A stretch of 42,170 nucleotides of DNA from Candidatus Ectomicrobium neotermitis (GCA_031283745.1 JAITBH010000044.1:1-42170), one strand, 5' to 3'; shown: positions 1-9,156, counted from the stretch's first letter. Numbers and translations: made by a program. Notes: a model not told the origin generated them from the sequence alone.

Positions 1-2825
1 TTGCCCTTCATATGAACAGTTATCTGATCATGTATTGTCGGAACTTCATGAGTTTTGTTCGTTTTTGAGGAGGCTGGCAACTTAAACTTCAAGCCAAACT
101 GACCATTATATTGGCTCAGATAATTTTCCATCGAAAAGCGAAAACCTCCCGCTACATATAATGACAAGCCAGTGTTATGACCTTTGGATTTCAGGTCATA
201 TTCAAGTCCCCCGTCTAAACCAAAAAACAGTTCTGCCTGCTCATCGGAGGCAATAGCCATTTTGCCGTAATCCTCATGGGCGGCAAAATGCATAGAGTAT
301 TCCGCTTGATCTCCTACAGCCAAAATCCCGCCATAACCTTTGATATGGCAGTTCATGTCATTGCTCTTAAACTCATACTTTCCACCAGCTGTTATCTCAA
401 GCCGCATGTATTCCGAATCGTCCACATGCAGGTTCGTAGGGTTCTTAGGGTTGCCCCTATCCTCATAGTAACTCGGCGTTATCAAATATGCACCCTCTAT
501 ACCTATATAAGGTTTGGCAGTGCTTAATTTTTTGTGTTGATATTTCCGATATATATCCAGCTCAGCCTGACCGCCCAACCTAAAACCGTAGCTGTTGAAC
601 TCGGCATCGGAATAGTAGGTTTTCATGAGGGTTATTTTTCGTTCCGTTTTGTTGTCTACATAAACTCCAGCGAGAGCAAAAGTTGCGTCAAGTTTTGAGA
701 AAACACTTCCTCCGCCATAAACACCAAATTCCAGATCTTGTTGCTTGGCCCAGTTATCATCTTGCATCAGATTCCTGTTGCCATAACCGCCAAAAACACC
801 AGCTTTGAAGGTTCGGGTTGTGGCTAAGTCCCAACCAAAACGAACTCGTGAGCCTTTACCCCAAAACCTGCCAAGCGATTGATCGCTGTTATCTACCTCA
901 AAACCCTCAAAACCTGCAATCGTCCAAACTTTGTTGCCAGTCTGCCTGTCAAAAGCAAAGTCCAACATCCTTCCATAATCACCTCTTGCTCCTGCAGACA
1001 TAACATTTGCCAAAAACGAACCGCTCACGCTGTCCAAATCATGGTGGGCGCGTTTAGGGTTATCGCTATCCTCAATCACATCAGCCAAAATCTCCTCGTC
1101 TAAGTCCATCTCCTTTATCACATCGATGACCGCAATTTGATTGTGCGTGAGGTTTGGAATGTTATCGAGGCACTGTGTTCCCATATAGGTCAAAAACATG
1201 GAGTTTCCGTTTGATGAAAGCGAATAGACTTTTGGATAGATGAAAGACCCATCTATCGGATGTTCAGCCTTCATCAACGTCACCGTTTTCCCCATTCCAA
1301 CCTTGCTGGCTGAAAGCGAGTTAATTTTTAAGACGGCGCCCGATGCTATCGTTATCGACGAGGCATCAACCGTGTCGCTTGCGGCATCTTCCGCCTCAAA
1401 ATCAGCGTCTATGCTAAATGTTCCAGCAATCGTCAAAGTGCCAACTTTGAGTTTGCCCATCTGATTATTTAGCAAAGACAGCGCACCGTTTTGGGAAACC
1501 TCAATTTCCTCAACTAAAGGTGCTTTGTCGTTAAAAAATACCTCACCGTTTAAGATGGAAAGCTTCCCTTTTATCTGTGCTGAGCCGTTTATTTCTAACT
1601 TGCCCAAGCCAGTTTTTCTTATTAGCGAATCGTTTCCACCGATAAAGGCACCGCCCGACAAGATTACTTTCCTGCCGTGAGCGGCGGTGATGGTCATAGT
1701 TGAGCGAGACATATGTATATCGCTTCGACCATCAACATCGCTATTGTTTGCAAAATAAATCTGCATATCCTTTGTATTGGATTCCAGATTTATCTGCGAA
1801 TCGGAGGCATAAATACCTCCACCACTGCCATCTGAGGAAGTATTGTTTTCTATTCCCACATCGCTATCCGTGATCCCCAGTCGGGATGACTCGATATAAA
1901 CAGCTCCACCATTTTTAATGGAAGAGTTGTAATAAAAAGAGAGCAACCCATTAGAGAAGGTCATAGCACTTTTAGAAAGAGCAATTGCCCCGCCAACACC
2001 ATATCTGCCATTGCTTGAATTGTTAGAAACAACAGCAATAGAGCCGACAAAAGACATATTTGAATTGTCCTTCAGATATGCCCAACCTCCGTAACCTAAA
2101 ACTTCATTCTGATTTGCCTCAATGTAGGAGTTCTCAAAGATCATTTGAGACTCTAACAACTCGACAGCTCCACCATCATGGGCAGTATTGCCCAAAAACA
2201 GAGCTTTTGAGCCGGTAAATTTTCCAATAGAGGCAGTTGATGCATAAATTGCCCCTCCATCTCCCAGATCTGCATCGTTTTGAGAAAATTCAACATATCC
2301 TCCCTCAAAACTCGCCACCGAACTGTCAAGCGCCATCGCTCCACCTTTGTGGCTTGCATTGTCTCGAAATGTTGAACTGGAGTTTAGAAAGCCCACTAAA
2401 GAGTGGGATGCCCCTATAACAGCACCGTTTTCATTTGCTGAGATATTCGATAGAAAGGTTAAAGCAAACATATTGCCCCCCCTAAACATCAAATTATGCC
2501 CTCGTGTAAAAAATATGCCGTCTTGCCTCTCTGACAAAGTCAGAGTGAAGTTGTCGCCATAAACCTGTTTGTCATTGCCCAAAATAAGCACGTCGGAACC
2601 CTGATTGTTGATAGAACTACCCGTCAGCTCCATTCTGATGAGGTCGTTATAATGGGAATCCCCATCTAACAAACCTTCGCGGAGCCGAGCGTAACTGTCG
2701 ACAATATATGCCGAATCTGCTTTTTGAGCCGAAACTATAAAAAAAATCGCCAAAAGAGCGGAAACAACCCACTTTTTGACGATTATTTTATTAATAAATA
2801 AAAAAATATCGTTATGTGTTTTCAA
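1..2825 (-). CDS. Pmp-repeat (polymorphic membrane protein-like) autotransporter, partial; C-terminus lies beyond the left edge
   Basis: Not in the ORF track. My translation of the minus frame from TTG at 2825 (AAGAGG 6 nt upstream) is open for about 941 codons to position 1. N-terminal signal-like KKWVVSALLAIFFIVSAQKA. Repeated GGA[I/V]-type motifs (DGGAIYAS, DGGAVEL, VGGAIAL, NGGAVYIE, GGGIYAS) alternate with FxxN (FRDN, FLGN, FSQN, FANN). The last ~300 aa look like an autotransporter beta-barrel (GFEGFEV, GVFGGYG, RLGGQAEL, QFGLKFKL). Confidence 0.75.
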   Translation of the reverse strand, partial: MKTHNDIFLFINKIIVKKWVVSALLAIFFIVSAQKADSAYIVDSYARLREGLLDGDSHYNDLIRMELTGSSINNQGSDVLILGNDKQVYGDNFTLTLSERQDGIFFTRGHNLMFRGGNMFALTFLSNISANENGAVIGASHSLVGFLNSSSTFRDNASHKGGAMALDSSVASFEGGYVEFSQNDADLGDGGAIYASTASIGKFTGSKALFLGNTAHDGGAVELLESQMIFENSYIEANQNEVLGYGGWAYLKDNSNMSFVGSIAVVSNNSSNGRYGVGGAIALSKSAMTFSNGLLSFYYNSSIKNGGAVYIESSRLGITDSDVGIENNTSSDGSGGGIYASDSQINLESNTKDMQIYFANNSDVDGRSDIHMSRSTMTITAAHGRKVILSGGAFIGGNDSLIRKTGLGKLEINGSAQIKGKLSILNGEVFFNDKAPLVEEIEVSQNGALSLLNNQMGKLKVGTLTIAGTFSIDADFEAEDAASDTVDASSITIASGAVLKINSLSASKVGMGKTVTLMKAEHPIDGSFIYPKVYSLSSNGNSMFLTYMGTQCLDNIPNLTHNQIAVIDVIKEMDLDEEILADVIEDSDNPKRAHHDLDSVSGSFLANVMSAGARGDYGRMLDFAFDRQTGNKVWTIAGFEGFEVDNSDQSLGRFWGKGSRVRFGWDLATTRTFKAGVFGGYGNRNLMQDDNWAKQQDLEFGVYGGGSVFSKLDATFALAGVYVDNKTERKITLMKTYYSDAEFNSYGFRLGGQAELDIYRKYQHKKLSTAKPYIGIEGAYLITPSYYEDRGNPKNPTNLHVDDSEYMRLEITAGGKYEFKSNDMNCHIKGYGGILAVGDQAEYSMHFAAHEDYGKMAIASDEQAELFFGLDGGLEYDLKSKGHNTGLSLYVAGGFRFSMENYLSQYNGQFGLKFKLPASSKTNKTHEVPTIHDQITVHMKG

Positions 2826-2912
2826 AATATACCTCTTTGTTAATAACCTTAGAATGTATACTCATACACAACGATACACACAAATTACTCGTCGATTATA
2901 CACCTTTTTAGG

Positions 2913-2961
2913 AGCAAAAAGTAAAGCGGAGCCTTCGATGGGACAAAGGACTCCGCTTTTT
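2913..2961 (-). terminator. Stem-loop downstream of ptsI (aaagcggag / ctccgcttt) with U-rich flanks
   Basis: 9-bp inverted repeat at 2923-2931 / 2951-2959. It is T-rich on both sides and lies just after the ptsI stop. Confidence 0.5.
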
Positions 2962-2989
2962 GCTTTATGTATATTTGAATAGTAAAAAT

Positions 2990-4627
2990 CTACTTCGATA
3001 CTCTTGTCATCCTCACTTCGCGCCTTAATTCAAGCACTTTTGCTGGGGAGACTGACAGTTCGTCAACGCCCATTCTTAGAAATTCCAAAGTCAGGGAAAG
3101 GTCGCCTGCGAGTTCTCCGCATATTCCCACCCAAGCACCATATTTGTGGCCTTGTTCAACAACCTCCCTTATCAACCGCAGAATCGCTCTGTGATGGGTA
3201 TCGACATATCTCTCAATTTTCTGATTTTGCCTGTCAACAGCCAAAGTATACTGGGTCAAGTCATTGGTTCCTATGCTAAAAAAGTCCACTTCCTGAGCCA
3301 AAAGGTCGCAAATGATCGCTGCGGCGGGGGTTTCAATCATTATTCCAATCTCGACTTCCTCATCAAAAGGAATGCCTTCGTTTTTAAGTTCCGTCTGAGC
3401 CTCTTTGACGAACCTCTTTGCCTCATCAACTTCCCAAATTGAGGCAATCATCGGGAACATTATCGCCAAGTTTCCATAGGCAGATGCTCTATAAAGAGCT
3501 TTTAGCTGAGTCTTAAAAACCTCAGGCCTTTCAAAACTCAAGCGAACTCCTCTTAAACCCAAAGCGGGGTTCTCTTCTTTGTCTAAGTTGAAATAGTCAA
3601 CCTGCTTGTCTGCCCCAATATCCATTGTGCGGATGACGACTTTTTTACCTTTGAGACCTTCAAGAACAGTCTTGTAAGCCTTAAACTGCATTTCCTCATC
3701 GGGATAGGTGTTCGTTTCAAAATATAAAAACTCGCTTCTAAATAGACCAATACCCCCGGCATCGTTTTGCAAAACGATGTCTAACTCCGATGGTGAGCCG
3801 ATATTGGCAAAAATGTCTACCGTATGACCGTCAAGCGAGATGTTTTCTTTGCCCTTTAGCTGAATCAAAAGTTCTTTGTGGGCATCCTCATCAGCTTTTT
3901 TGTTCTGCATAGTTGTGAGAGTAATCTCGTCGGGGTCAACATAGAAATTGCCTTTATAGCCGTCGACGATAGCAAGCTGCCCGCTGAAATTTACGTCTAA
4001 CTCTTCGCCTGCTTGAACGATGGCAGGTATGCCGAGGTTCCTTGCAAGTATTGCTGTGTGGGATGATATTGATCCGCTTGAGGTTACAAAAGCGAGCAAT
4101 TTGGTTTTGTCGAGCTTTATCGTTTCGCTGGGATTTAAGTCATCAGCAACAAGAATAAAAGCCTCTTCACCCTCTCCCAGTTCGGCTGAGTTGCCCGTCA
4201 AACAATCTAAAAGCCTCCCCGAAATATCACGAACATCCGCTGCACGTCCCTGCATATACTCGTCGTCCATCTCTGCAAACGTCTTTGCAAACTGCTCACC
4301 CGCAACTGAAACGGCATATTCCGCGGCTACCTTCTCATCTTTAATTGTGTTTTTTATCGAGTCCAAATAGTCCTCATCCTCAAGCATCATCTTGTGAATT
4401 TCAAGGACTTGCGCATCTTTTTCGCCGACTTCTTTTACAGCCTTTACATAAAGTTCGGTGAGCTGATCTTTAGCTTCGCTGAGTGCCGTGTCTATTCTCT
4501 TGAGTTCATCATCTATCTCCTCATCTTTTATGTATCTCCTCTCAGTCATCTCCTGCTTCTTCTTGTAGTAATACACCTTCCCAATGGCTAATCCTTTGCT
4601 TGCACTCTTTCCTTGAATTACTTTCAT
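2990..4627 (-). CDS. ptsI: PTS enzyme I (phosphoenolpyruvate-protein phosphotransferase)
   Basis: 545 aa. Typical EI sequence: SSGSISSHTAILARNLGIPAIV with the phospho-His region, and a C-terminal PEP-utilising domain with GTNDLTQY. AAGGAGG RBS. Confidence 0.95.
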   Translation of the reverse strand: MKVIQGKSASKGLAIGKVYYYKKKQEMTERRYIKDEEIDDELKRIDTALSEAKDQLTELYVKAVKEVGEKDAQVLEIHKMMLEDEDYLDSIKNTIKDEKVAAEYAVSVAGEQFAKTFAEMDDEYMQGRAADVRDISGRLLDCLTGNSAELGEGEEAFILVADDLNPSETIKLDKTKLLAFVTSSGSISSHTAILARNLGIPAIVQAGEELDVNFSGQLAIVDGYKGNFYVDPDEITLTTMQNKKADEDAHKELLIQLKGKENISLDGHTVDIFANIGSPSELDIVLQNDAGGIGLFRSEFLYFETNTYPDEEMQFKAYKTVLEGLKGKKVVIRTMDIGADKQVDYFNLDKEENPALGLRGVRLSFERPEVFKTQLKALYRASAYGNLAIMFPMIASIWEVDEAKRFVKEAQTELKNEGIPFDEEVEIGIMIETPAAAIICDLLAQEVDFFSIGTNDLTQYTLAVDRQNQKIERYVDTHHRAILRLIREVVEQGHKYGAWVGICGELAGDLSLTLEFLRMGVDELSVSPAKVLELRREVRMTRVSK

Positions 4628-4676
4628 AAAGAACCTCCTTTATTGATAAACGCCGACTACAAAAAGTCGGATATTT

Positions 4677-5939
4677 TTATTTGACGTTGAAGTGATCAAG
4701 CAAAATTTTTTCTGCTTCATAATTCCACAAGTCCGAATGTTTTTTACAAGCCTCATCAAGTTTCTTAAACAGCGGATCGGTTTTACCCAAAGCCTCAAAA
4801 TCCGAAAGGGCAGTCAAGGGGAGATTGATCTGAGGGTAGGTCAACTTTTTGCCCCCTCCAGCTTTTGCGAGATTTGCCGTAGCCTCAGCAATAGAGTCAA
4901 TTCCGCCGATATGGGTAACCATCACAGCAGGGCGAATGGTGCCTTTTTGAGATAGATCCAATGCCTCTTTTAGATCGTCGGTATTGCCGCCCGTAGTGCC
5001 AAGAATATGAGTGCTGATATAATGGCAATTGTAGAGGTTTATCTCAGACTTAAATTGGCTATCTGTAGGCCCGGCAAAAAAGTTCAAAGCCCCGTCAAAA
5101 GCCAAAAGATTATCGCCAAGCTCGGCAAGTTCTTTTATCGGTGCATAAACAAAAACATCGTCATAACCCTTGCCCTTCGTTATATCCATAAGCGTTTTAT
5201 ATTGATCAGGCTCATTTGCTGAATTTATAAAAAACAGCTCGACACCCTTTGAGGAGGCAAGCTGCTTAGGAATTAGCTCCTCAGCCCTGCTAAGCCTCTG
5301 GGGATTAACATCTGTTACGACAATTCTGAGAGGTTTTTTTTCAAGGGATAGCGGATATTCCACAGCACCAAGACCCATTGGACCTGCGCCGCCTAAAATT
5401 AAAACATTCCCCCCCTCTTTTATGCCCATCGTGTGATCGTAGTTGCGTTTATTGGTGTGATACATAGCGTGATACCCGCCAATGATGCAGCTCATCGGCT
5501 CTGCAAGAGAAGCACCGAAATAACTTTCGCCCTCATATTGAATTAGGCAGTCAAGCTCCATCGCTTCATTTGGAATGATCGCATACTGACTTGCCCCGCC
5601 GCAGAAACGATAAGAGTATCCCGGTGAAGCAAGACTTCCTTTATAGTTGAAAGCGGGCTGTATCGTAAACTTGGATCCGACTTGATATTTTTTCTGCCAC
5701 TTTTTACCTATCTCAATGATGTTTCCCGCAAACTCGTGGCCGATGATAATGGGGTTAATATCGACATCTTGAGGACATCTTTTGTGCTTTTTGCCCTGCC
5801 TTAAAAGTTTATAAGTCGACATACAGATGCTGTCGCTAATAATTTTGACCAAAATCTCGTCGTCTTTGATGGCGGGAAGGTCAAACTCTTCAAGTCTTAA
5901 ATCGTCAGCACCATAAAGCCTAACAGCTTTCGTTTTCAT
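4677..5939 (-). CDS. Zn-dependent MDR-family sugar-phosphate dehydrogenase, L-sorbose-1-phosphate-reductase (SorE)-like
   Basis: 420 aa. N-terminus MKTKAVRLYG..LRLEEFDLP..DDEILVKIISDSICMST and IGHEFAG match the SorE-type long MDR enzymes. GGAGPMG nucleotide fold. The specific substrate is not inferable. Confidence 0.65.
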   Translation of the reverse strand: MKTKAVRLYGADDLRLEEFDLPAIKDDEILVKIISDSICMSTYKLLRQGKKHKRCPQDVDINPIIIGHEFAGNIIEIGKKWQKKYQVGSKFTIQPAFNYKGSLASPGYSYRFCGGASQYAIIPNEAMELDCLIQYEGESYFGASLAEPMSCIIGGYHAMYHTNKRNYDHTMGIKEGGNVLILGGAGPMGLGAVEYPLSLEKKPLRIVVTDVNPQRLSRAEELIPKQLASSKGVELFFINSANEPDQYKTLMDITKGKGYDDVFVYAPIKELAELGDNLLAFDGALNFFAGPTDSQFKSEINLYNCHYISTHILGTTGGNTDDLKEALDLSQKGTIRPAVMVTHIGGIDSIAEATANLAKAGGGKKLTYPQINLPLTALSDFEALGKTDPLFKKLDEACKKHSDLWNYEAEKILLDHFNVK

Positions 5940-5952
5940 TTTTTTCTCCTCC

Positions 5953-6888
5953 TCACTTAGAAAGGTCTATAATTTTTACCTGCTCCTGTAACTCGTAAAC
6001 CAAGTCCTGATCAGGGGCTTTTGTCCCTGATGTTGTTACGGCTCCCGCCGATGCTGCCACTGCCAAAGAAAAAGTATCCTCAAGAGACATTTTGTTGTAA
6101 ACGCCATAAGCAAAAGCACCGACAAAACTATCCCCCGCCCCAACTGTGGACCTTGGCGTGACATCTAAACCTTTTGCAAATAAAACCCGATCGCCCTGCA
6201 AGAGCAAAGCACCGTCCTTGCCCATAGTTAAAGCGACTGTTTTTACGCCCATATCTAAAAACTTTTTGCAAAGGTCGATAATTTGTTCAAGGCTCAAGTC
6301 CCCTTTGACATTAAAATATTCCTTTAGTTCGTGCAGATTGGGCTTAATAAAATAGGGCTTAGCCCTGAGAGCCTCCCTAAAAACGTTCCCGTCGGCATCA
6401 AGGAAAACTATAGTGCCGCTCTTGTGGGCGCTGCTGATGATCATGCCGTAAATTTCGTCCCCTAAACAGATGGGGGTGCTGCCTGAGAGGATAAGGATAT
6501 TTCCTCTCTTCATATAGCGGTGAAGCCCGATTACAAAAAAACTAAATTCCGCGGGGGTGATGTCCGGCCCAACCTCATTTATTTCAGTCAAAGCCGAATT
6601 GGTGTCGATGATTTTTAAGTTTGTCCGAGTGGCTTCTCTGATCTCCGTAAAATCACAGTCGATCCCCATCTCTTCTAACTTATCAAGTATTTCTTCCCCG
6701 CTTTTACCACCAAGAAAACCTATTGCTACGGATTGAAAATCTAAAGCTAAGAGCATTTTTGAAACATTGATTCCTTTGCCACCTGCATCGCTGCTCACTT
6801 CATGCAAACGATTTAATTCACCAACATTCAACGCTCCAACTGTTGCTGTTTTATCAAGTGCTGGGTTTAAGGTTACAGTTATTATCAT
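5953..6888 (-). CDS. fruK: 1-phosphofructokinase (PfkB family)
   Basis: MIITVTLNPALDKT..., GGKGINV, and C-terminal GAGDSFVGAF are PfkB/FruK signatures. I moved the start to the ATG at 6888 (GAGAGG RBS) rather than the track start at 6945. Confidence 0.8.
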   Translation of the reverse strand: MIITVTLNPALDKTATVGALNVGELNRLHEVSSDAGGKGINVSKMLLALDFQSVAIGFLGGKSGEEILDKLEEMGIDCDFTEIREATRTNLKIIDTNSALTEINEVGPDITPAEFSFFVIGLHRYMKRGNILILSGSTPICLGDEIYGMIISSAHKSGTIVFLDADGNVFREALRAKPYFIKPNLHELKEYFNVKGDLSLEQIIDLCKKFLDMGVKTVALTMGKDGALLLQGDRVLFAKGLDVTPRSTVGAGDSFVGAFAYGVYNKMSLEDTFSLAVAASAGAVTTSGTKAPDQDLVYELQEQVKIIDLSK

Positions 6889-6906
6889 TGTTTTCCTCTC
6901 AGTTAT

Positions 6907-6942
6907 AAAAAACGGTTTGCACCAATCGGTGCAAACCGTTTT
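6907..6942 (-). terminator. Strong intrinsic terminator between mtlA and fruK
   Basis: 13-bp perfect stem aacggtttgcacc / ggtgcaaaccgtt with a 4-nt loop. On the minus strand it is followed by UUUUUUAUAAC. It ends 6 nt before the fruK RBS. Confidence 0.7.
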
Positions 6943-6950
6943 CAAGGTTT

Positions 6951-8306
6951 TTATTTCTTCGACAACTCCTCAACGAGTAGGTCATATTCGGGGGCTGCTA
7001 TTAAGTCTGTCACAGCTATAACCCTTGAGTTCGGGCATTTAGATTTTACTCTGTCCTTCATTTGAGCATGTACCAAGATTATTTCGGGAGAGCCTGAGAG
7101 CTGATCGATAGCTGAGTGGATTACACTGATATGCTCAAGACCTGCTTTTTTCAACTTTTTGCGCAACATTGTTTCGCCCATTGCACTAGAACCCATTCCG
7201 GCATCGCAAGCAAACACTATCGAGGTGACACCCGATATGTTGCCCTTTGATTGAGATTTCAAAAAGTCTCTTTTTGCTGTGGCGCCCTCTAAATCCTCAC
7301 CTTTGCCAAAAGCCTTTAGCAGCACAACCGACAAGAGGAAGCTGGTTACAGCTGATAAAGTTATGGCTGAGATGTTTGCAAGGTAGGAGCCCGGTGCTGT
7401 CATGATTAACTCTGCAAAAATGCTTCCCGGTGATGCTGGAGCCACTAAGCCTCCGCCAAAGAGTGTAAGTATAAGAATGTTGACAAAGCTTCCCGCTATC
7501 ATGGCGATGATTAAGATCGGGTTCATAAGCACAAAAGGGAAATAAATCTCGTGGATTCCACCGAAGAAGTGGATGATAATTGCACCGGGAGCACTTGATT
7601 TGGCTGTTCCCTTGCCGACTAACCAGTAAGCAAGCAACATTCCAAGCCCTGTGCCTGGGTTTGATTCAACCATAAAGAAAATCGACTTGCCTGTTTCTGC
7701 CACTTGAGCTGCACCCATAGGAGTGAACACCCCGTGATTGATGGCATTGTTAAGAAACAGGATTTTGGCAGGCTCAACGAAAATAGAAATTAAAGGCATA
7801 AGTCCTCTATCGGCAAAGACTTTTGCTCCCCAACCTAAAAATTCATTTATCCCTGCACAAACAGGACCTATCACCAGAAAAGCAATTACTGCCAAAATTC
7901 CGCCGATTATCCCTGCACTGAAATTGTCAACCAACATCTCAAAGCCAGCTTTGACCTTACCTTTGACAGCGGAGTCAAAAACTTTTATCGCTTTTCCTCC
8001 TAAAGGTCCCGCGATCATTGCACCTAAAAACATAGGGATGTCTACGCCGACAATTACACCAGCTGTGGCTATTGCACCTACGACCCCGCCTCGCTGGTCG
8101 TAAATAATCTTTCCACCTGTGTAACCGATCAAGATGGGCAGCAAATAAGTCAACATCGGACCTACCATCTTGGCGAAAGTCTCGTTAGGTATCCAGCCTG
8201 TCGGAATAAAACATGCTGTGATCAACCCCCATGCGATGAATGCGCCGATATTGGGCATCACCATTCCGCTTAAAAACCTTCCCATCCTTTGAATCTGTTC
8301 TTTCAT
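6951..8306 (-). CDS. mtlA: PTS mannitol-family EIICB (no EIIA domain)
   Basis: Near-colinear match to E. coli MtlA: GRFLSGMVMPNIGAFIAWGLIT, SIFVEPAKILFLNNAINHG, IIHFFGGIHEIYFPFVLMNP. The EIIB motif VFACDAGMGSSAMG has the Cys intact. Start moved to the ATG at 8306 (GGAGG RBS). Confidence 0.9.
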   Translation of the reverse strand: MKEQIQRMGRFLSGMVMPNIGAFIAWGLITACFIPTGWIPNETFAKMVGPMLTYLLPILIGYTGGKIIYDQRGGVVGAIATAGVIVGVDIPMFLGAMIAGPLGGKAIKVFDSAVKGKVKAGFEMLVDNFSAGIIGGILAVIAFLVIGPVCAGINEFLGWGAKVFADRGLMPLISIFVEPAKILFLNNAINHGVFTPMGAAQVAETGKSIFFMVESNPGTGLGMLLAYWLVGKGTAKSSAPGAIIIHFFGGIHEIYFPFVLMNPILIIAMIAGSFVNILILTLFGGGLVAPASPGSIFAELIMTAPGSYLANISAITLSAVTSFLLSVVLLKAFGKGEDLEGATAKRDFLKSQSKGNISGVTSIVFACDAGMGSSAMGETMLRKKLKKAGLEHISVIHSAIDQLSGSPEIILVHAQMKDRVKSKCPNSRVIAVTDLIAAPEYDLLVEELSKK

Positions 8307-8355
8307 ACTGCCTCCTTTTTTTTCCCAAATATGGGTATTGTTTCCTGTTTTCCCA

Positions 8356-9156
8356 TCAAAGAGCATAAAGATGGGAAAATTCATCTCTCAACCGCTTAAA
8401 GTAGCGGTAAGTTCCTACTGTCAGTTTATCGCATGCTGCTTCGTCAGTGATGACGACAAGTTTTCTGTGGAGCTGTAGAGCAGTTGCGGGCCATGCTTGA
8501 GACACGGCACCCTCAACTAAGTGCTGCAAAGCCGATGCTTTCTTTTCCCCAGTAACCAATAAAAGCACTTCTTTGGTCTCTAAGATGGTTTGTATGCCCA
8601 TCGTCATTGCTGTTTTGGGGACTTTCTCCATATCGTTTTCAAAAAATCTTGAATTGGCTATTACTGTGTTTATATTGAGTTGTTTGTCGCGGGTATAAGA
8701 GGACAGTGACGAATACGGCTCATTAAAAGCGATATGTCCATTTTCACCAAGCCCCCCGATAAATAAATCTATCCCCCCGGCTTTCTTAATTTTGACCTCA
8801 TAATCTTGACCTTCCTTAACAGGATCAGCGGCATTGCCGTTTGGGATATTGATGTTTTCCTTTGCAATGTCTATGTGTCTAAAGAAATTCTTTTCCATAA
8901 AGGTGTGATAGCTTTCGGGGTGATCTTGGGGCAAACCGATGTATTCGTCAAGGTTAAAGGAGACGATGTTCTTAAAAGAAAGCTCCTTGTTTTTATAAAG
9001 TTCCACAAGACTTTTATACATATCCACTGCCGTTCCGCCTGTAGGCAAGCCAAGCACGAACTTCTTGTCAGCATTAGGTTTAGCCTCGATAATCCTTTCC
9101 TTTATAAAAAATGCAGCTAATCTTCCAATGCCCTTGTCAGAAATTATGAGTCTCAT
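8356..9156 (-). CDS. nagB: Glucosamine-6-phosphate deaminase
   Basis: 266 aa, colinear with E. coli NagB: FVLGLPTGGT, SFNLDEYIGLP, ENGHIAFNEP. Confidence 0.95.
   Translation of the reverse strand: MRLIISDKGIGRLAAFFIKERIIEAKPNADKKFVLGLPTGGTAVDMYKSLVELYKNKELSFKNIVSFNLDEYIGLPQDHPESYHTFMEKNFFRHIDIAKENINIPNGNAADPVKEGQDYEVKIKKAGGIDLFIGGLGENGHIAFNEPYSSLSSYTRDKQLNINTVIANSRFFENDMEKVPKTAMTMGIQTILETKEVLLLVTGEKKASALQHLVEGAVSQAWPATALQLHRKLVVITDEAACDKLTVGTYRYFKRLRDEFSHLYAL

Noticed and set aside
2826-2912. A promoter for the Pmp-like gene: TATAAT on the minus strand at 2900-2895, again followed by CG, with a TGTGTAT direct repeat in the leader.
   Set aside because: There is no acceptable -35 at 16-18 nt spacing (best TTACTT). 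A -10 alone in AT-rich DNA is not enough to report as a feature.
6889-6945. N-terminal extensions given by the track for fruK (6945), mtlA (8384), the EIICB-like gene (10784), the SPFH gene (11651), glpK (23737), dhaL (24833), ftsL (39560) and rsmH (40387).
   Set aside because: In each case an internal ATG with a proper GGAG-type RBS coincides with the conserved family N-terminus. The extension overlaps the upstream gene or a terminator.
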